A DNA stretch of 64,000 nucleotides. Source: Lama glama (lineage: Eukaryota). How positions within the stretch are numbered: the first letter of the stretch is position 1; the number at the start of each line of letters is the position of its first letter. The notes under the pieces are model-generated. The model made no database searches. It was not told where the DNA came from and saw nothing but the letters and a program-made list of their open reading frames with translations. Of this stretch, positions 63,061-64,000 are shown piece by piece. The stretch spans positions 33,356,001 through 33,420,000 of the forward strand of contig CM052821.1 in assembly GCA_028534125.1 (NCBI GenBank), written 5' to 3'. Made by a program: the position numbers and the translations under genes.

Positions 63061-64000
63061 ATGTTTTTCTTTCTGTATTTATTAACAGATTAATAAGACA
63101 GGTGACAGATTCCAGTTACTTTGTATCCTTTTCAGAAGCAAGTGGGATACAATTTATGCTAAACATATTTAGCAATTTCACTTTTGGACATTGTCAATGA
63201 ACTGGCTAAATAAACTGTCTCAAAATAATATGAAAGCATTAATTACTAATAAAAATTATAATTTTGTGGACACTATACATTCACAATAAATTCAGATTTA
63301 ACCATGTTCCTCTCATTTTGTTGGGTGATTTTGTAATGTTAGCATAATTTAATCCACAAAACAATCTTGAGAGGTAGACATTATTTTTCCTGTTTTAACA
63401 TATGGGGAACTGAAGTGTGTCTGAGTTCATTTAGTAGGGTGATATTTACAAAAAAATATAGTTAATTGAAAAAAGCTGAAAAAAAGGGCAGTATACGTGG
63501 CGTTTTACTTAACATTATATGTGAATATCTATGAGGACCTTACTAAAGAATAGAAGGCAGTTTGAAGAAACAGAAATGGTTTGGAATAGAATAAATATCA
63601 AAACATTTTAAAATCACTATGCCTTTTATAAATTCTAAGATAAAATGATACCCTCAAGGAAAATTTTGTTAGTATGATTAAAAAAAAAAACCCACCAAAA
63701 TAAGGCACTATTACCCCAAGGGAAAATTCGTTTAAAAATCATTTAAACTCTAAAAGATATTAGTATAATTTAATAGTAAAACCAATCTTGCCACAAAACC
63801 AGAGACACTGTGACTTAACCTGACACCTAGGGGACAAGGGGAGTTCAGATGATAACCTCCCTGAAAACTAGAAAGAAAAATGGCAGGGGTAAATCATGTC
63901 ACTTATCTTCCCCTAACAAAGGCAGGAACACAATCCTGGAGCATTCTGTGTGTCAGTTAACAGTTAATATGTTATCTGCTCAGTGACATTAAGATGTGGT

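Noticed and set aside
1-64000. CRISPR arrays, rRNA genes, operons or prokaryotic defence systems
   Set aside because: The sequence is mammalian, and no regularly spaced repeat-spacer structure was seen.

Overview
Mammalian genomic DNA, almost certainly from a camelid: it carries three copies of the tRNA-derived Vic-1-type camelid SINE. The only protein-coding gene is DUSP6 (MKP-3) on the + strand, with 3 coding exons (about 4015-4414, 5024-5461, 6492-6799; 381 aa). Its start codon and first 38 codons fall inside an N-gap. The gene has an upstream CpG island, a CpG-rich exon 1/intron 1 and a ~1.2 kb regulatory 3'UTR. The remaining ~56 kb is gene-free downstream desert (towards KITLG by human synteny, from memory). 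It is filled with MIR, L2, L1, a CR1/L3 fossil, MaLR/ERV LTRs and hAT/TcMar MITEs, plus several repeat-free, motif-dense blocks that look like enhancers. The other ORFs in the track are spurious or repeat-derived. I did not find a convincingly new biological system. The best leads are a possible upstream or bidirectional TATA promoter with a cryptic acceptor in the DUSP6 5'UTR, a re-splicing donor 9 nt into exon 2, a proximal poly(A) signal that would remove the repressive 3'UTR elements, unusual L1 insertion structures, and candidate enhancers. Repeat subfamily names are from recalled consensus similarity, not from a search.
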